From: Amoebidium appalachense
Lineage: Eukaryota > Protista > Ichthyosporea
Direction of reading: 5' to 3'
NCBI GenBank assembly: GCA_963693365.1
Contig: CAVNZM010000008.1
Location: 9,546,196-9,610,195 of the forward strand
Length of the DNA stretch: 64,000 bases
The notes under the pieces were generated by a model, which worked only from the letters and a program-made list of their open reading frames with translations, made no database searches and was not told the DNA's origin. Position 1 is the stretch's first letter; each line of letters begins with the position of its first letter. Shown one piece after another: positions 50,451-64,000 of the stretch. The position numbers and the translations under genes were made by a program.

Positions 50451-53400
50451 ATGTTGCAATCCAAGCACATATTACTAGTTCTTGCGCAATGCACTATTTT
50501 CCAGTATGGTTTCGTTAACGCAGCCGCCACCACCACACCTGCAGCTCAGGGGGTTGGGAGCATTCTATTGAACGCAGCTCAGCGTCTGATCATGTGCCAA
50601 AAGTGTAGACTCAATGGTGGTAACTGTGACAATGGGGTGTGCGTGTGCCCCATCAACAAGTCGGGCGACATTTGCCAATACCCCAATCTTTGCACGTCCA
50701 ACCCTTGCAAGAATAGTGGTTGGTGCGCCAACAAATCCGACGGGAGTGGGTTTGTGTGCTCTTGCCAACCGGGGTGGTCCGGCGTGACTTGCGAGACCCA
50801 AACCGGGCAGGTCTCAACAACGCCTGCCAGCAACCCTTCCGCAACCACAGCCCCGCCTGTTGTGCATGACACTATTGTTGTTACTGTCACCGCCACCCCT
50901 GCTCCCGTCACCACTTCCGTCGTTGTCCCCACGACTATATCGATTGTCAACACGGAAACGGCAACACAATCTGTGCCTGTTACGGTGCCTCCAGTAACAG
51001 TTACCACCATCGAGAAGGAGACTACAACGCTTGTGCACTCGGTCCCAGTTTCGGTCCCCGTTCTCCTCACCACGACGGTGGTGGAAAAGGAAACAACAAC
51101 GCAGGTGAACCAAGTCACGACAACTTTGGTGCAATCACTTCCACCGGTCACCGAGAGGGCCGAGGTGCCCGTCACGGTGACCCAGTCTGTTCCCGTTCAA
51201 GTTACCACCACAGTTGTTGAAAAGGAGACTGTTCCAGTAACTACGACACTTGTGGAGCACAAGACAGACGTCACCACTGAGATCGTAACCCACACTCCGG
51301 CCCCAGTTACCGACATCGTCACACACACACCCTCACCTGTGATTGTAACAACGACGGTTGTCGAGGAGAAGGCACAGGCACCCATTACCACCACGTTGGT
51401 AGAGAAATCAACCGAGGTTGTTACTACCACCCTTCCGGCCCAAACACACACCACCACACACGTCAACGAAGTCACTACCACACAGGTTGAGCATGTTACC
51501 ACCACCGCTGTCGTCACCCACACCCCGGCCCCCCTGACCACTACCATTGTTGAGGAGAAGGCCCAGGCACCCATCACCACCACTGTCGTTGAGAAGTCTA
51601 CTGAGGTTGTCACCACCACCCTTCCGGCCCAAGTACACACCACAACGGTCGTCAACCATGACACCACCACCGTCATTGAACACACCACCAATGTCGTCAC
51701 GCACACACCCACTCCCGTCACCACCACCATCACCCAGGAGAAGGCTCTTGAGCCCATCACCACCACTCTGGTTGAGAAGTCTACCGAGGTTGTCACTACT
51801 ACTCTCCCGGCACAAGTCCACACAACAACACAGGTCGAGCATGTTACTACTACAGCTGTCGTCACGCACACTGCGCCACCAGAGACCACTACCCTCGTTT
51901 CAACGATGACGCAAGCACTCGAGCCCCGCATCGACACCACTACTGTTGTCAATCATGCCACCACCACTGTTATCGAGCAGACTACCCACGTCAACGTTAT
52001 CACCACGACCCAAGTCGTCACGCACACACCCGCACCCTACACCACCACCATTGTTGAGGAGAAAGCACAGGCACCCATCACCACAACTGAGGTCCTTACT
52101 ACCACCCTCCCGGCGCAGATTCACACCACCACTCAAGTTGAGCATGTTACCACCACCGCCGTCGTCACGCACACACCCGCACCCTACACCACCACCATTG
52201 TTGAAGAGAAGGCACAGGCACCCATCACCACCACCGTCGTTGAAACTACCACGCTCCCCGCCCAGATCCACACCACCACCCACATACAACAGGTGACAAC
52301 CACCGTTGTTAAGGAGATGCCGCAGGCACCAGCCACCACGACACTAGTTGAGACAACCACCCTCCCGGCCCAAATCCACACCACCACCATCGTCAACCAC
52401 GCCACCCTCGTGTCCACCGCTTTTGTCACCACTACTCGCGTCGTCACCGAAGCCGCCGCAACCGCCGACCCCCGCATCGACACCACCACCCTCGTTCACA
52501 CCACCACTGCCGCCGCTGAAACCGTTACCGTGACCCACACCCCCGAGCCAATCACCATCACTCATTCTGCGGAGGCCGTTACCGTCACCGTCACTCACTG
52601 CCCTTCAACCACCGCTGGCCCCGAGCCCACAAGCGAGCCAGCCGTCAGCACCACCGCCAGCCCCCCACCTGAGAGCACCGAGGTTGTTCCACCCCCCCCA
52701 CACGTCTGCACCTGCCGAGTCTTCTTCAGAGGTTCCCACACCGAACTCTTCCTCGCCGGCCGAATCTACTTCCGAGGTCCCTCCGCCCCACACGTCCGCC
52801 CCCGCCGAGACTTCGTCCGAGGTTCCGCCCCCGCAGTCATCTGCTCCTGCCGAGAGCTCAAGTGCCACTGAACCATCCACCGAGCCTGCTGCAACCACCA
52901 CCAACGAAGTCCCTCCCCCCCACACATCTGCCCCGGCCGAGACATCTTCCGAGGTCCCTCCCCCCCACACATCCACCCCCGCTGAGACTTCTTCTGAGGT
53001 GCCCGCTCCCGACTCTTCTGCCCCCGCCGAGACTTCTTCGGAGGTCCCTTCCCCCCACACATCCGCCCCCGCCGAGACGTCTTCCGAGGTGCCTCCCCCC
53101 CACACATCCGCCCCCGCCGAGACGTCTTCCGAGGTGCCTCCCCTCCACACATCCGCCCCCGCCGAGACTTCTTCTGAGGTGCCCGCGTCCGAATCTTCTG
53201 CCCCCGCCGAGACATCTTCAGAGGTCCCTCCCCCCCACACATCCGCTCCTGCTGAAACGTCCTCCGAAGTGCCCGCTCCTTCCAGCAGTGAGCCAGCAAC
53301 GTCCTCCCCCGCCGAGTCCGCCAGCACCATCCCCGCTGAAGTTACTCCCACCCCCAGCAGCGATGCGGCACAGGGTACCATCACCGTCACATCAACGCGG

Positions 53401-54564
53401 GTGGAAAAAACGACCGAGGAAGTGTACACGTCCGTGGTCGAGGACTCCACCGTCGACGCTACAGTCACCGAGGCTCCGGACGCAACTGTTACTCACTACA
53501 CCACCATCACCGAAACCACCAACGGAATCGAAACCACGCACGTCATCACCACCGTACGTGATACCGTTATTGAAACCGCGACGTCAATTCACACTGTCTT
53601 TACCACCGCTGTTGTTGATGTAACCACTACCGATGTTGTTGGTAAGCAAACTGTCACCGACCACACAACCGTGACCGTTCCCAGTGGCACCGCCACACAC
53701 ACGGCCGTCGTCACCGAAACTGCATCCGTTGATGTTACCTCCACGCTCGTGCACACCGCTACTGAGGTTGCCACCGACTCGACAAACGTCGCCGCCACAA
53801 CTACGGCGGTGGTTACCGAAACGAGCCAGGTAATGGAGACGGTCAAGACGACCGTTGTTGACGACGTTACGACGACACAAGTCGCCACGCACACCGCCAC
53901 CGCCACCAACATCGAGACCGTGGAGGAGACCGAAACCACCAACACCGTCGCAACTGAAGTAGTCACCAAGACACACACCGTCGGCGCGACAAACACTGCA
54001 ACGGTCATCGAAACGCTCGTTCCCACCGTTACAGCCACCGAGACCCTCCACACGACCATTATCAACAGCGCCGACCCCGCCACCACCACCACCGTCGTTG
54101 CATCCACCGTCACCGTTCAGCCCGAGGCGACATCTTGGCAGCCTGCCGGATGCAGCGGTAATTGTGTTGTCAACGACGGAAACATCGAACACACCAAGCA
54201 GTTTGGCTATGTTAACGACGCCGACGGACAAATCTTCGTGCAGTCCATCGACGGTGCATCGCCGCGCCGCGTGAAGGTGTATGTTGACGGGCCGGTGGGA
54301 CTCACTCTACGCATGCAGCGCGTGCAGGTCGTGGGACGCAGCGGCACCTCCGGGCCGTTACGCAAGGAGGAGGCCGCGGTTGTCGTCACGCCTTCTGCCG
54401 ATGGTTCTTTCAAGCCGGCGGTCATCACGAAGTGTGTGCAGCCCGGTGATTTTGTGTTCAAGTATGAGGCCCCCACGGCCAAGACGGGCGGATTTACCCC
54501 CGGTCCATTCCGGGTCTGGGTTCTCCCCGCCGTCGATGCCCCCACTTGTACCATCAAGGCTTAG
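50451..54564 (+). CDS. Secreted EGF-domain mucin-like glycoprotein (~1370 aa), intronless; one frameshift in a C8 run at ~52692-52699
   Basis: Signal peptide MLQSKHILLVLAQC..., two EGF-like modules (C..NGGNC..CVC, CTSNPCKNSGWC..CSCQPGWSGVTC), Thr/Val-rich repeats, PAETSSEVPPPHTSA repeats and a Cys-containing C-terminal domain. The repeat reading frame continues across the poly-C shift. Confidence 0.87.
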
Positions 54565-54839
54565 ATATGAATATGTATAGAAATTCAGAGATAGTTGGGA
54601 GATAAATGTACCATGTATCAATCGCATACAGTCAGGGAAGATAATGGTATAAATGACATGGAATCATAAACATATAGCTTGTTTGTGTAGTGTGTAGTAG
54701 AAAACTGTGCAGTGGCAAGTGCCATTCTTCAGTGTGTACAGAAAATTTGCACACACAGGGCCCAACTAGTCGGTCCGTGTGTTGGAGTAAATAAAAATTC
54801 ATTTTTTCAAAACCCGATTTCGTGCTCAAAAACGTTTCT

Positions 54840-57800
54840 GCCTGTCATGATCTGCCTCCCCCCCTTCTCCCCCCACCATCACCACCACCACCCAACACCA
54901 CGAAAAACACCCACCCACCCACCCATCTGCCCTACAACCCCCCCCCCCCCTCCCCCCTCCCTCCTCCCCCCCCACGCTTATTGTCTTTGCCGCTCGTACT
55001 CCCCCCCCCCCCCCCCCCCCCCCCTTCAGCACCACCAACATCACCCCGTCTCCCCATCAACCACACTTTAACCCATCAGTCCCCCCCACCCACCCACCCA
55101 CCCACCCTTTCTCCGCTCCCCCCACCCTCCCCCCTCCCAACCCCCGATACTTATCTTCTTTGGGTACCTCTTTCTGCTTATCTATCTCCCGTGTTCTATT
55201 ACTCCCCTAACCCCCCCCCCCCCCCCCCCCCCCCCCTCCCTCCCTCCCCCCCCCCCCCCCCCTCCCCCCAACACAAACACCACCAGCATCCGGACACCCA
55301 TCCATCCACACACCCACCCTCAACACCCCCCCTCCCTCCCCTCCCCCCCCCCCCCCTCCCCCCGCGGCTTGACTTCTCTGCTGCTTCTACTTAATTCTTC
55401 TTAACCTCCTGTGCGACGTGCCCGTTACCCTCCTCCCCCCATCCCCTTACGAAAGAAATCTCAAAACCTTTTTTAGGGTGCTCTTTAAGGACTTATGCCC
55501 CTCTCTTCCTTCCGTTTCTTCCCCCCCCCCTCCCCTTCCCCCCCCCCCCCCCCCCCCCCCGCCTTCCCTCCCTTCCCTCCCTTTACCCACCACAAACATT
55601 ACACAACCCCTACCCCCTCCCCCCTTTCCCCACAAGACCCCCCATCACCTGTTTACCACCCACCCACCCACGCTTTAGTCCATCACGCCCCCCCCCCCTC
55701 CCCCCTCCCCCCCCACCCCACCCCCCGGCCCCGTCCCTCCCCCCCATCCCCCCCCCCCCCCCCCCTTCATCACTTAACTTCTTACGGCTGTAAATCTATC
55801 TCGCGTTTCCAGTCCCCCATCCCCCCCCCCCCCCCCCTCCCCGGTCACCACCACCACCACCACCACCCAACACCACAAAAACCACCCGCCTATCCACACA
55901 CCAACCCCTCAAACCCCCTCCCCTACCATCCCCTTTGCCGCTCCTACCTCCCCCTCCCCCCCCCCCCCCCCCTCGCACCCCCCATCCCCCCCCCAAAACG
56001 ACACTCAACACCACCCGGCTACCCAATCCATCCACATCCCCACCTCTCAACCCACCAACCCACCCCCCCCCCCCACCCCCCCACCCCCCCTCCCCCCCGA
56101 CTCCACTTCTTTGCATGCTGCTGCTGCTTCTTCTACCCCCCCCCCCCCCTCCCCCCCCCCTCTCCACCACCACCGTGCCACCACACACACACACAAACAC
56201 GCATATCGTCTTTGCAGCTCCTACTCCCCCCCCCCCCCCCCCCCCCCTCCCCCCCCCCCCCCCTTCTACCCTTCCCCACCACCACCATCACCCCCTCCCT
56301 CCTCCTTCCCCTCCCCCTAACCCCCATCCCCCATCCCCGGGGCTGTTATCTTCTTTGGGGCTCTACCTCTTTCTACTAATCTATCACCCGTGTCCCATTA
56401 CTCCCCCCCCCCCCCCCCCCTCCCCCCCCCCCCCCCCCCCTCCTTCCCCCCTCCCCTTCCCCTTTCCCCAACACAAACACCACCACCATCCGGCCACCCA
56501 TCCATCTACACACACACCTCTCCACCCCCCCCCCCACCCCCCCCCCCCCCCCCCCCCCCCTTCCCCCCCCAGGGCTTGACTTTTCTGCTGCTTCTACTTG
56601 ATTCTTCTTTATCTCCTGTGAGACGGACAAACCCCCCCCCCCCCTACCCCCCTTCCCCCCCCCCCCTTCCCCCCCCCCCCCCCCCCCGGCCTGCCTGCCC
56701 TCCCCTTTTGAAAGAAACTCCCTGTATTTTTTTTGTTTGGGTTGAGAACTTGTGCCCCCCACTTTCCCTTTCATCCCCTCCCCCCTCCCCCCCCCCCCAC
56801 CCCGCCCCCTTTCGCCCCTCACCCACCACCACCATCCTCCAACCCCTCCACTTCCCTTCTTTCCCCACAAGACCACCATCATCCGGCCACCATCCACCCA
56901 CCCATACTTAACCTATCACTCCCTCTGCCTTCCCCCCTCCTCCCCCCACTTTCCCACTTACTTTCTACCTCTTTCTACTGATCTTTCTTCCGTGTTCCAG
57001 TACCCTCATCCCCCCCTCTCCCCCCCCATCTCCTCCCGGTCATCGCCACCACCACCACCACCCAACACTACAAAAACCACCCGCCTACCCATACACCATC
57101 CCCATTCCCTCCCCCCCTTTTCCCCTTTGCCGCTCCTACCCCCTCCCCCCCCCCCTCCCCCCCCAACCCACACTCAACAACACCACCACCCGGCCACCCA
57201 ATCCATCCACACACACACCTCTCAACCCACCCAATGCTCCCTCCCCCCACCCCCCTCTCCCCCCCGACTTCACTTCGTTGCTGCTGCTACTTCTTCCACC
57301 CCCCCCCCCCCCCCCCCCCCCCCCACCACCACCACCACCACCACACACACACCCGCGCGCACACATGTCGTCTTTGCAGCTCCTCCTCTTTCCCCCCTTC
57401 CCTACCACCACCATCACCCCCCCCCCCCCCCCCCCCCCCTTCCCTACCCTCCCCTCCCCCCACCCTCCTCCCCCCGGGGCTGTTAACTTTTCGGGGGGCT
57501 CCAAATCTTTCTACTAATCTATCTCCCGTGTTCTATGGGTCTTCCCCCCCTTTCCCCCCCCCCCCCCCCCCCCCCCCCTCCCTCCCCAACACAAACACCA
57601 CTACCATCCGACCACCCATTCATCCACACACCCACCTCTCAAACCCCCTCCCCCCCCCTCCCCCCGCTCCCCTCGGCTTGACTTCTCTCCTGCTTCTATT
57701 CTTCTTTACCTCCTGTGCAACGGACACTTACCCCCCCTCCCCCTTCCCCCCCATCCCCCCCCCCCCCCCCCCCCCCCGACCGCCTGCCCTCCCCTTCTGA

Positions 57801-58042
57801 AAGGAACTCCCTGTCTTTTTTTTTTTTCTTGAGGACTTGTGCCCCCTACTTTCCTTCCATCTCCCCCCCCCCCCCCCCCCTCCCCCCCCCCCCCCCCCCC
57901 CCCCTTCCACCCCCTGGATCCCCTCTTAACCATCACCACCATCATCCAACCCATCCCCTCTTCCCCCGCTTTCCCCACAAGACCTCCCATCAACCGTTCA
58001 CCACCCACCCACCCATACTTTAACCCATCACTCCCCCCCCAC

Positions 58043-58078
<36 letters not shown>

Positions 58079-58342
58079 CCCCAAGCCCCCTCCACTCCCC
58101 CCCCCTCCCCCCCCCCTTCCATCAATTAACTTCTTGCGGCTCTACCTCTTTCTACTAAGCTATCTCCCGCATTCCAGTACCACATCCCCCCCCCCCCCCC
58201 CCCCCCCCCCGGGCTGCCACCACCACCCAACACCACGAAAACCATCCACCCACCCACCCACCCACCCCTCAAACCCCCTCTTTCCATTATCCCCTTTGCC
58301 TCTCTTTCCTACCCGCCCCCTCTCCCCCCCCCCATCCCCCCC

Positions 58343-58379
<37 letters not shown>

Positions 58380-59900
58380 ACAAAAAAAAAAAAAAAAAAA
58401 ATAACCACATTCAACTATACCAACAACACCACCGGCCGGCCACCCAATCCATCCGCACACCCACCTCTCAGCCCACCAAACCTCCCTCCCTCCCTTTGCT
58501 TCCCCCCCCCCCTCACCCAACTCCCCCCCGGCTTCAGTTCTTTGCTGCTGCTACTTCTTTCAACCTCCCCCCCCCCCCCAACACACACACACACACACGT
58601 ATCGCCTTTGCAGCTCCTACTCTTCCTCCCCCCTCCCTTCCCCCCTCCCCACCACCACCATAACCCCCCTCCCCCTCATCCCTCCCCTCCCCCACCTCAC
58701 TCTCTCTCTCCCTCCCCCCCCCCCCCCCCCCCCCCTTCACCTGGGGCTGTTATCTTCTTTGGGGCTCTACATATTTCTACTAATTTATCACCCGTGTCCC
58801 ATTACTCCCCCCCCCCCCCCCCCCCCTTCCCCAACACAAACACCACCATCATCCGGCCACCCATCCATCCACACACCCGCCTCTAAACTCCCCCCCCCCC
58901 CTCCCTCACACCCCGGCTTGACTTCTTTGCTGCTCCTAGTAGTTCTTTTTTACCTACTGTGCGATGGACACCACCCCCCCCCCCCCCCCTCCCCCCCCCC
59001 CCCCCCCCCCCCCCCCCTGTCCCTCCCCTTCTGGAAGGAACTCCTCGTCTTTTTTTTTTTCCCTGCTGCAGGACTGGTGCCCCCCACTTTTCCTTCCACT
59101 CCCTTCCCCCCCCCCCCCCCCCCCCTCCCCCCCCCCCCCCCCCCCCCTCCCAACTCTCCTCTCCCTTCCCCCCTTCCCCCCCCTCCCCCCCCCTCCCCCC
59201 CCCCCCCCCCCCGCCCTACTCAGCCATCACCACCATCACCCAACCCATCCCCTCTCCCCTCCCTTTCCCCACAGGACCCCCCATCACCTGTTCACGGTGA
59301 CCACCCATCCACCACACTTTAACCCATCACTTCCCCCCCCCCCCCCTCCCCCCCCCCCCCCTCTCCCCTCCCCCCCCCCCCTCCCCCTCACGCCCCCCCC
59401 CCCCCCCCCCCCCCCCCCCCACCCCTTCCTTCCCCACTTACTTTCTACCTCTTTCTACTGATCTTTCTCCCGAGTTCCAGTACTCTCCCCCGCCCCCCCT
59501 TCCCCCCCCCCTTTCCCCTCGTCTCCTCCCCCTCCCCCCTCCCCCCGGGTAACCGCCACCACCACCACCCAACACCACAAAAACCACCCGCCTACCCACA
59601 CATCAACCCCTCCCATCCCCCCCTTACCCCCTTTGCCACACCTACCCCACCTCCCCCCCCCCCAGGTCCCCCCCCCCATCCCCCCCCCCAAAACGACACT
59701 CAACACCACCCGGCTACCCAATCCATCCACATCCCCACCTCTCAACCCACCAACCCACCCCCCCCCCACCGATTTCACTTCTTTGCTGCTGCTACTTCTT
59801 TCTACTATAAATCACGTGCGGTGGACCCCCCACCCCCCCCCCTTCCCCCCCGTTTCTGGAAGGAACTCTTATCCGTTGTTTGCTCTTTCAGGACTTGTGC
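54840..59900 (+). repeat. Degenerate C-rich satellite, ~1.1-1.25-kb period, 4-5 copies
   Basis: The landmark CTTGACTT..CTGCTGCTTCTA recurs at ~55368, 56575, 57677 and 58917. GAAAG(A/G)AA..C..GACTTGTGCCCC follows each copy. Confidence 0.75.
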
Positions 59901-61264
59901 CCCCCTCTCTTTTTTTTCCATCCCCCCCTCGCCCCCCTCCCTCCCGCCACTGCCGCTACCACCGCTTCGTCCCCGCCCTCCCCCTTGTACCGCTCACATT
60001 TAGCTACCTCCGTTTCTTTCATAATCAGGTTCCCTGCCCTCTCTCATTTACTCAATCAATCGCCCCCCTCCCCCCATCTTTCCCCTTCCCCCCACCCCCC
60101 CCCCTCCCCCCCTCCACCCCCCTCCAACCACCCCCCCACCCACCTCCCTCCTTACTCTCTCCCCCCTCTCCACCCCCTCTCCCTCCCCATCTCTCCCCCA
60201 CCATCACCACCACCACCATTAGCCACTTAGCCTCCACTTCTTCTCTGTCTCTCCTCCCTTCCCCCACCCCCCTTCCCCCCCCTCCCCATCCCATCCTGCC
60301 TTTGAACCATGCTACATTCATCCCCTCCATTACTGCATCATTTCACCCCAACTTCTCCCAGTTATATGTCTCTCTCTTTCATTTCTTATTTGAATTCCCC
60401 CTCCCCCCCTCCCCCCTCCCCCCTGGCCCCGCCTCGCCAGCGTCCCCAACTCCCCCCCCCCCCCCCCCCCGCTTCCGTCCCCACCTCCCCACCTCTCCTC
60501 TGCGCGACCATCACAACCACCATCCCGCCCACCCCTTACCACGTCCACTACCCATATCCACCGATCCAGAAGCCCCTTCTCCTTAGTCTAGCCTCTCCCT
60601 TTCCCATCTTTATTCCAATCTATATGTGCATTCTCCCTTGTGTTTTAATCCCCTCTCTCTTGATAGTTTCGTTTCTGTCCCGATCGACCGCCCCCCCCCC
60701 TCTCTCTCTCTTCCCTCCCCCCCCCCTCCCCCCTCCCCCTCCCCCCCCCCCCCCTCCCCCTTCCCCCTTCCCTCCCTTCACACCCTCTGCCCCCCCCCCC
60801 CCCTCCCCCCCCAACCCCAGCCCGTTCCTCCTACCTACAGCCAGAGGCTTACTTCGTTTATCCCCTCCCCCCCCCCCTCCTCCCCCCCCCCCCTTTCCTC
60901 CCCCCCCCTCCTCCCCCCCCCCCTTCCTCCCCACCCGCCTCCCCCCTGCGGGTACCCACCCACCCCGTTGTCATCTACATTGCAGTTTTCGGTGTATTAT
61001 AATCATTCCCATGCATAAACACGATATTCTGGTTAGGAAGATGGTCTCCCCCCCCCCCCCCCCCCCCCCCTTTCCTCCCCCCCCCCGCCCCTTCCCCCCC
61101 TTCCCCCCCCATCCTCACCCTCCCCTCACATATTCGCATACACCAAACACACACACAAACGCACGCACGCACGCACGGACGCACGCACGCACATACACAC
61201 GCGCACGCACACACACGCGCACAAACACACGCGCGCACAAACACACATGCGCACACATACACGC

Positions 61265-61356
<92 letters not shown>

Positions 61357-61829
61357 CCTCCCCTCATGGCCCCCCTTCCCCCACTTCCCTCCTCCTCCCC
61401 CCCCTCCCCCCCCCCCCCCTCTCTCTCCCCCCACCCCCCCACACACACATCTTAGCATACGCCTGAAATCCCCACAAGCCTTAGCTTGTTGCACACGGGG
61501 GGCCTTGGGGGGGGGGGGGGGGGGGGGGGAGGGGGGACGAGAAATGAAGAAAAAATTTCTTTAGCAAGACCCTCCGTTCCACATACTGGACAGGCCCGCA
61601 AAAAACAGGCATCTAATTGGTGGATGCATAGTAGAACCCCCAAAACCTGATTGGTTCACAAGGAGCCCAACACGTATCTGTTTATCTGGATCCGACTAAT
61701 CCACAACTGTGTTGCGGCTACTCTGCCACCTCATATCATTGGCTTAGAAAGGTGAACCGTTCACTTTGATTGGTTCTTTGTCATCCAATTTATAGCTGGC
61801 TAGTGGGTATATAGACACCACACTTCCAA

Positions 61830-61904
<75 letters not shown>

Positions 61905-62879
61905 TTAGCGTGAAAAGAACTTTGTTTTTCTTGACGGGAGAATGGGAACAGACTGGGATGGGAGGAAGGGAACGGGGTCCGGTTTCGCTTTGTTTGTAAC
62001 TCTCTTTTTTCAAGGCTTCTTTCTTCCGCCCCCAACCCCCCCCCCCCCCCTTCCTCCCCTTGTTTGTGTCTTTGCGTGTGCACCACGTGTTTCCTGCTTG
62101 TGTGTGGATGCACATGTGAGATTGTCATCGAACGTTCCGCCTTTTTCTCAAGAGTTCGTGCGAGTGAATACGGATTGGCTCAAAATCATGCACCTTTGAA
62201 GGTAGCTTTTGCTTTTAGACTTTATGCACATGCACCACACGGTGTGTCTCTTCACACGTGTTATAATTTGTTTTTCTGTGTGGGATTCGAATTTGACCAA
62301 GAGAGGGTGTGCAAGGGGTTGTGTTTGCACCCTCAAAGGCTCAACCACTGACTGGCTCAAAATCACGTGAACTGTGTGCCCCCCCACCACTCCCCCCCCC
62401 CCCCCCCCCTTTCCAACTTCCCCTCTTCCTAGCCCCCCTTTCATTTCACAGATCCCTCCCCCTCCCCCCCCCCCCCCCTCCCACTCACCTCTCCCTTGCC
62501 CCCCCTTTATTTCACAAATCCCTCCCTCTTTTATTTCACAGACTCCCCCCCCCCCCCCCCCCCCCCCCGGCGCCTTCCCCCCATCTCACAAACCCAATCA
62601 GTCAACTCTTCTCCAATTAATGGCTGGTATTTCTTTTCGAAAAGGCACTCCCCCTTTCCCGCGCGAGACGTGTGCACACGCATCTCATTTGCAGCAGTTC
62701 TCACAAACCAGAACTGAAATAGAATCTGTCATATATATTTAAGGAATAGAGATTCTATTCGAGAAAAACGGGGATTGGATGTAAATTAAGATTAATGACA
62801 TCTCCCTCGCCCCACACAACACACAATGGCATGCACACCCGCGCACACATACACACTCGACTCACACCCAAATACCATA

Positions 62880-63372
62880 AGGGCCCAACCACATCGGCTG
62901 AGTCAACTTGCTCCGAGCAGAATTATTCTGCAAAAAGCAGAATTATTCTGCAAAAAGCGGAAGTTTTGCTAAGAGCAGAATTATTAATCAAAAGCAGAGT
63001 TATTCTGCAAAAGCAGAATCATTCTGCTAAAAGCAGAATCATTCTGCAAACAGCAGAATCAATCTGCTAAAATCAATCTGCTAAAAGCAGATTGATTCTG
63101 CTGTCGCGGCAGAATAATTCTTCTTTTTGCGGAATAATTCTGCTAAAAGTAGAATAATTCTGCTAAAAACAGAGTAATTCTGCTTTTGCAGGATAATTCT
63201 GCCAAAAGCAGCACTTGCTAAAAGCAGGGTGATTCTGCTTTTGCAAAATAATTCTGCTTTTGCAGAATAATTCTGCTTTCTGCAGAATAATTCTGCATTT
63301 TGCAGAATCATTCCGCATTTGCAGAATAATTCTGCTTTTTGCAAGTCGACTCTGCCGACGTGGTTGGGCCCT
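62880..63372. mobile_element. MITE with ~31-bp imperfect TIRs, ACCATA target-site duplication and an internal self-complementary GCAGAA/TTCTGC array
   Basis: AGGGCCCAACCACATCGGCTGAGTCAACTTGC ... GCAAGTCGACTCTGCCGACGTGGTTGGGCCCT. ACCATA lies at 62874-62879 and 63373-63378. Confidence 0.85.
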
Positions 63373-63624
63373 ACCATAGGACGCACATGCTCACATACTC
63401 AAACATACATACATACACGGTAACACTAACACACACACACAACCAGCTATGCGTGCAAAAACCAAAAACAGAAAAGGAAAAAAGAAGAAAAGAAACAAAG
63501 AAAGAGAGAAAATACCGTTGAACATAATTTTCAAATCGTGCAAGGCAGAAGCATCGAAGATCCGCGAATAAGTGGGGAGGTCTACCGGTGACTTTTGCTT
63601 ATATTTCTTTTTGTTACCCCCCTC

Positions 63625-63669
<45 letters not shown>

Positions 63670-63792
63670 ACACAACACACCTTTTTCTTTTTTTTTTTCC
63701 AACAGTGTGTCCGGATGGGCTGGGTCTCCATGGGTGGGTGGCCTGGAGGGAAATGTGTGGTGCGTGTGTGTGTTACGCACGTGTGTGCGTGT

Positions 63793-63865
<73 letters not shown>

Positions 63866-63886
63866 TGTGTGTCTGTACGGTGAATG

Positions 63887-63924
<38 letters not shown>

Positions 63925-64000
63925 TGTGTGGGTGTGGGTGTGTGTGTGGGTGTGTGTGTCTGTACGGTGAATTGTGTGTGTGTGTGTGTGTGTGTGTGTG

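Noticed and set aside
50565-54627. Antisense and alternate-frame ORFs over the mucin gene
   Set aside because: They are shadows of the biased ACC/GTC codon usage of the + strand gene.
54712-61564. Proline-rich extensin- or formin-like ORFs
   Set aside because: They come from poly-C tracts of variable length, appear in all frames, and show no consistent frame or domain.

Overview
This window is eukaryotic DNA rich in poly-G/C tracts and CA microsatellites, probably from a unicellular holozoan such as an ichthyosporean (inference). It falls into four zones. (1) 1-~6260: AT-rich mitochondrial-type DNA with atp6 (TGA=Trp), rps13, an orphan group I intron core and repeat arrays. (2) ~6262-25038: a virus-like or giant-mobile-element block. 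It holds a truncated SF3/D5-type helicase, a C2H2 zinc-finger gene, an NCLDV-type PD-(D/E)XK-like gene, a Cys-rich membrane protein, a spliced KDM4-like JmjN/JmjC demethylase with an unrecognised N-terminal domain, a coiled-coil gene and a CxxxK..CKN..C..H gene. Distinct tandem-repeat families sit between the genes, and the block ends in a 393-bp GC-rich near-perfect palindrome with GNA mini-hairpins. (3) ~27600-41300: an intron-rich host KCNQ (Kv7)-like K+ channel gene on the minus strand. (4) 43 kb to end: a 1.5-kb foldback element, an intronless EGF-mucin gene, a ~1.1-1.2-kb-period C-rich satellite and a MITE. Most ORFs in the supplied track are microsatellite or homopolymer artefacts. Exon models were read by eye, and homopolymer lengths look error-prone.
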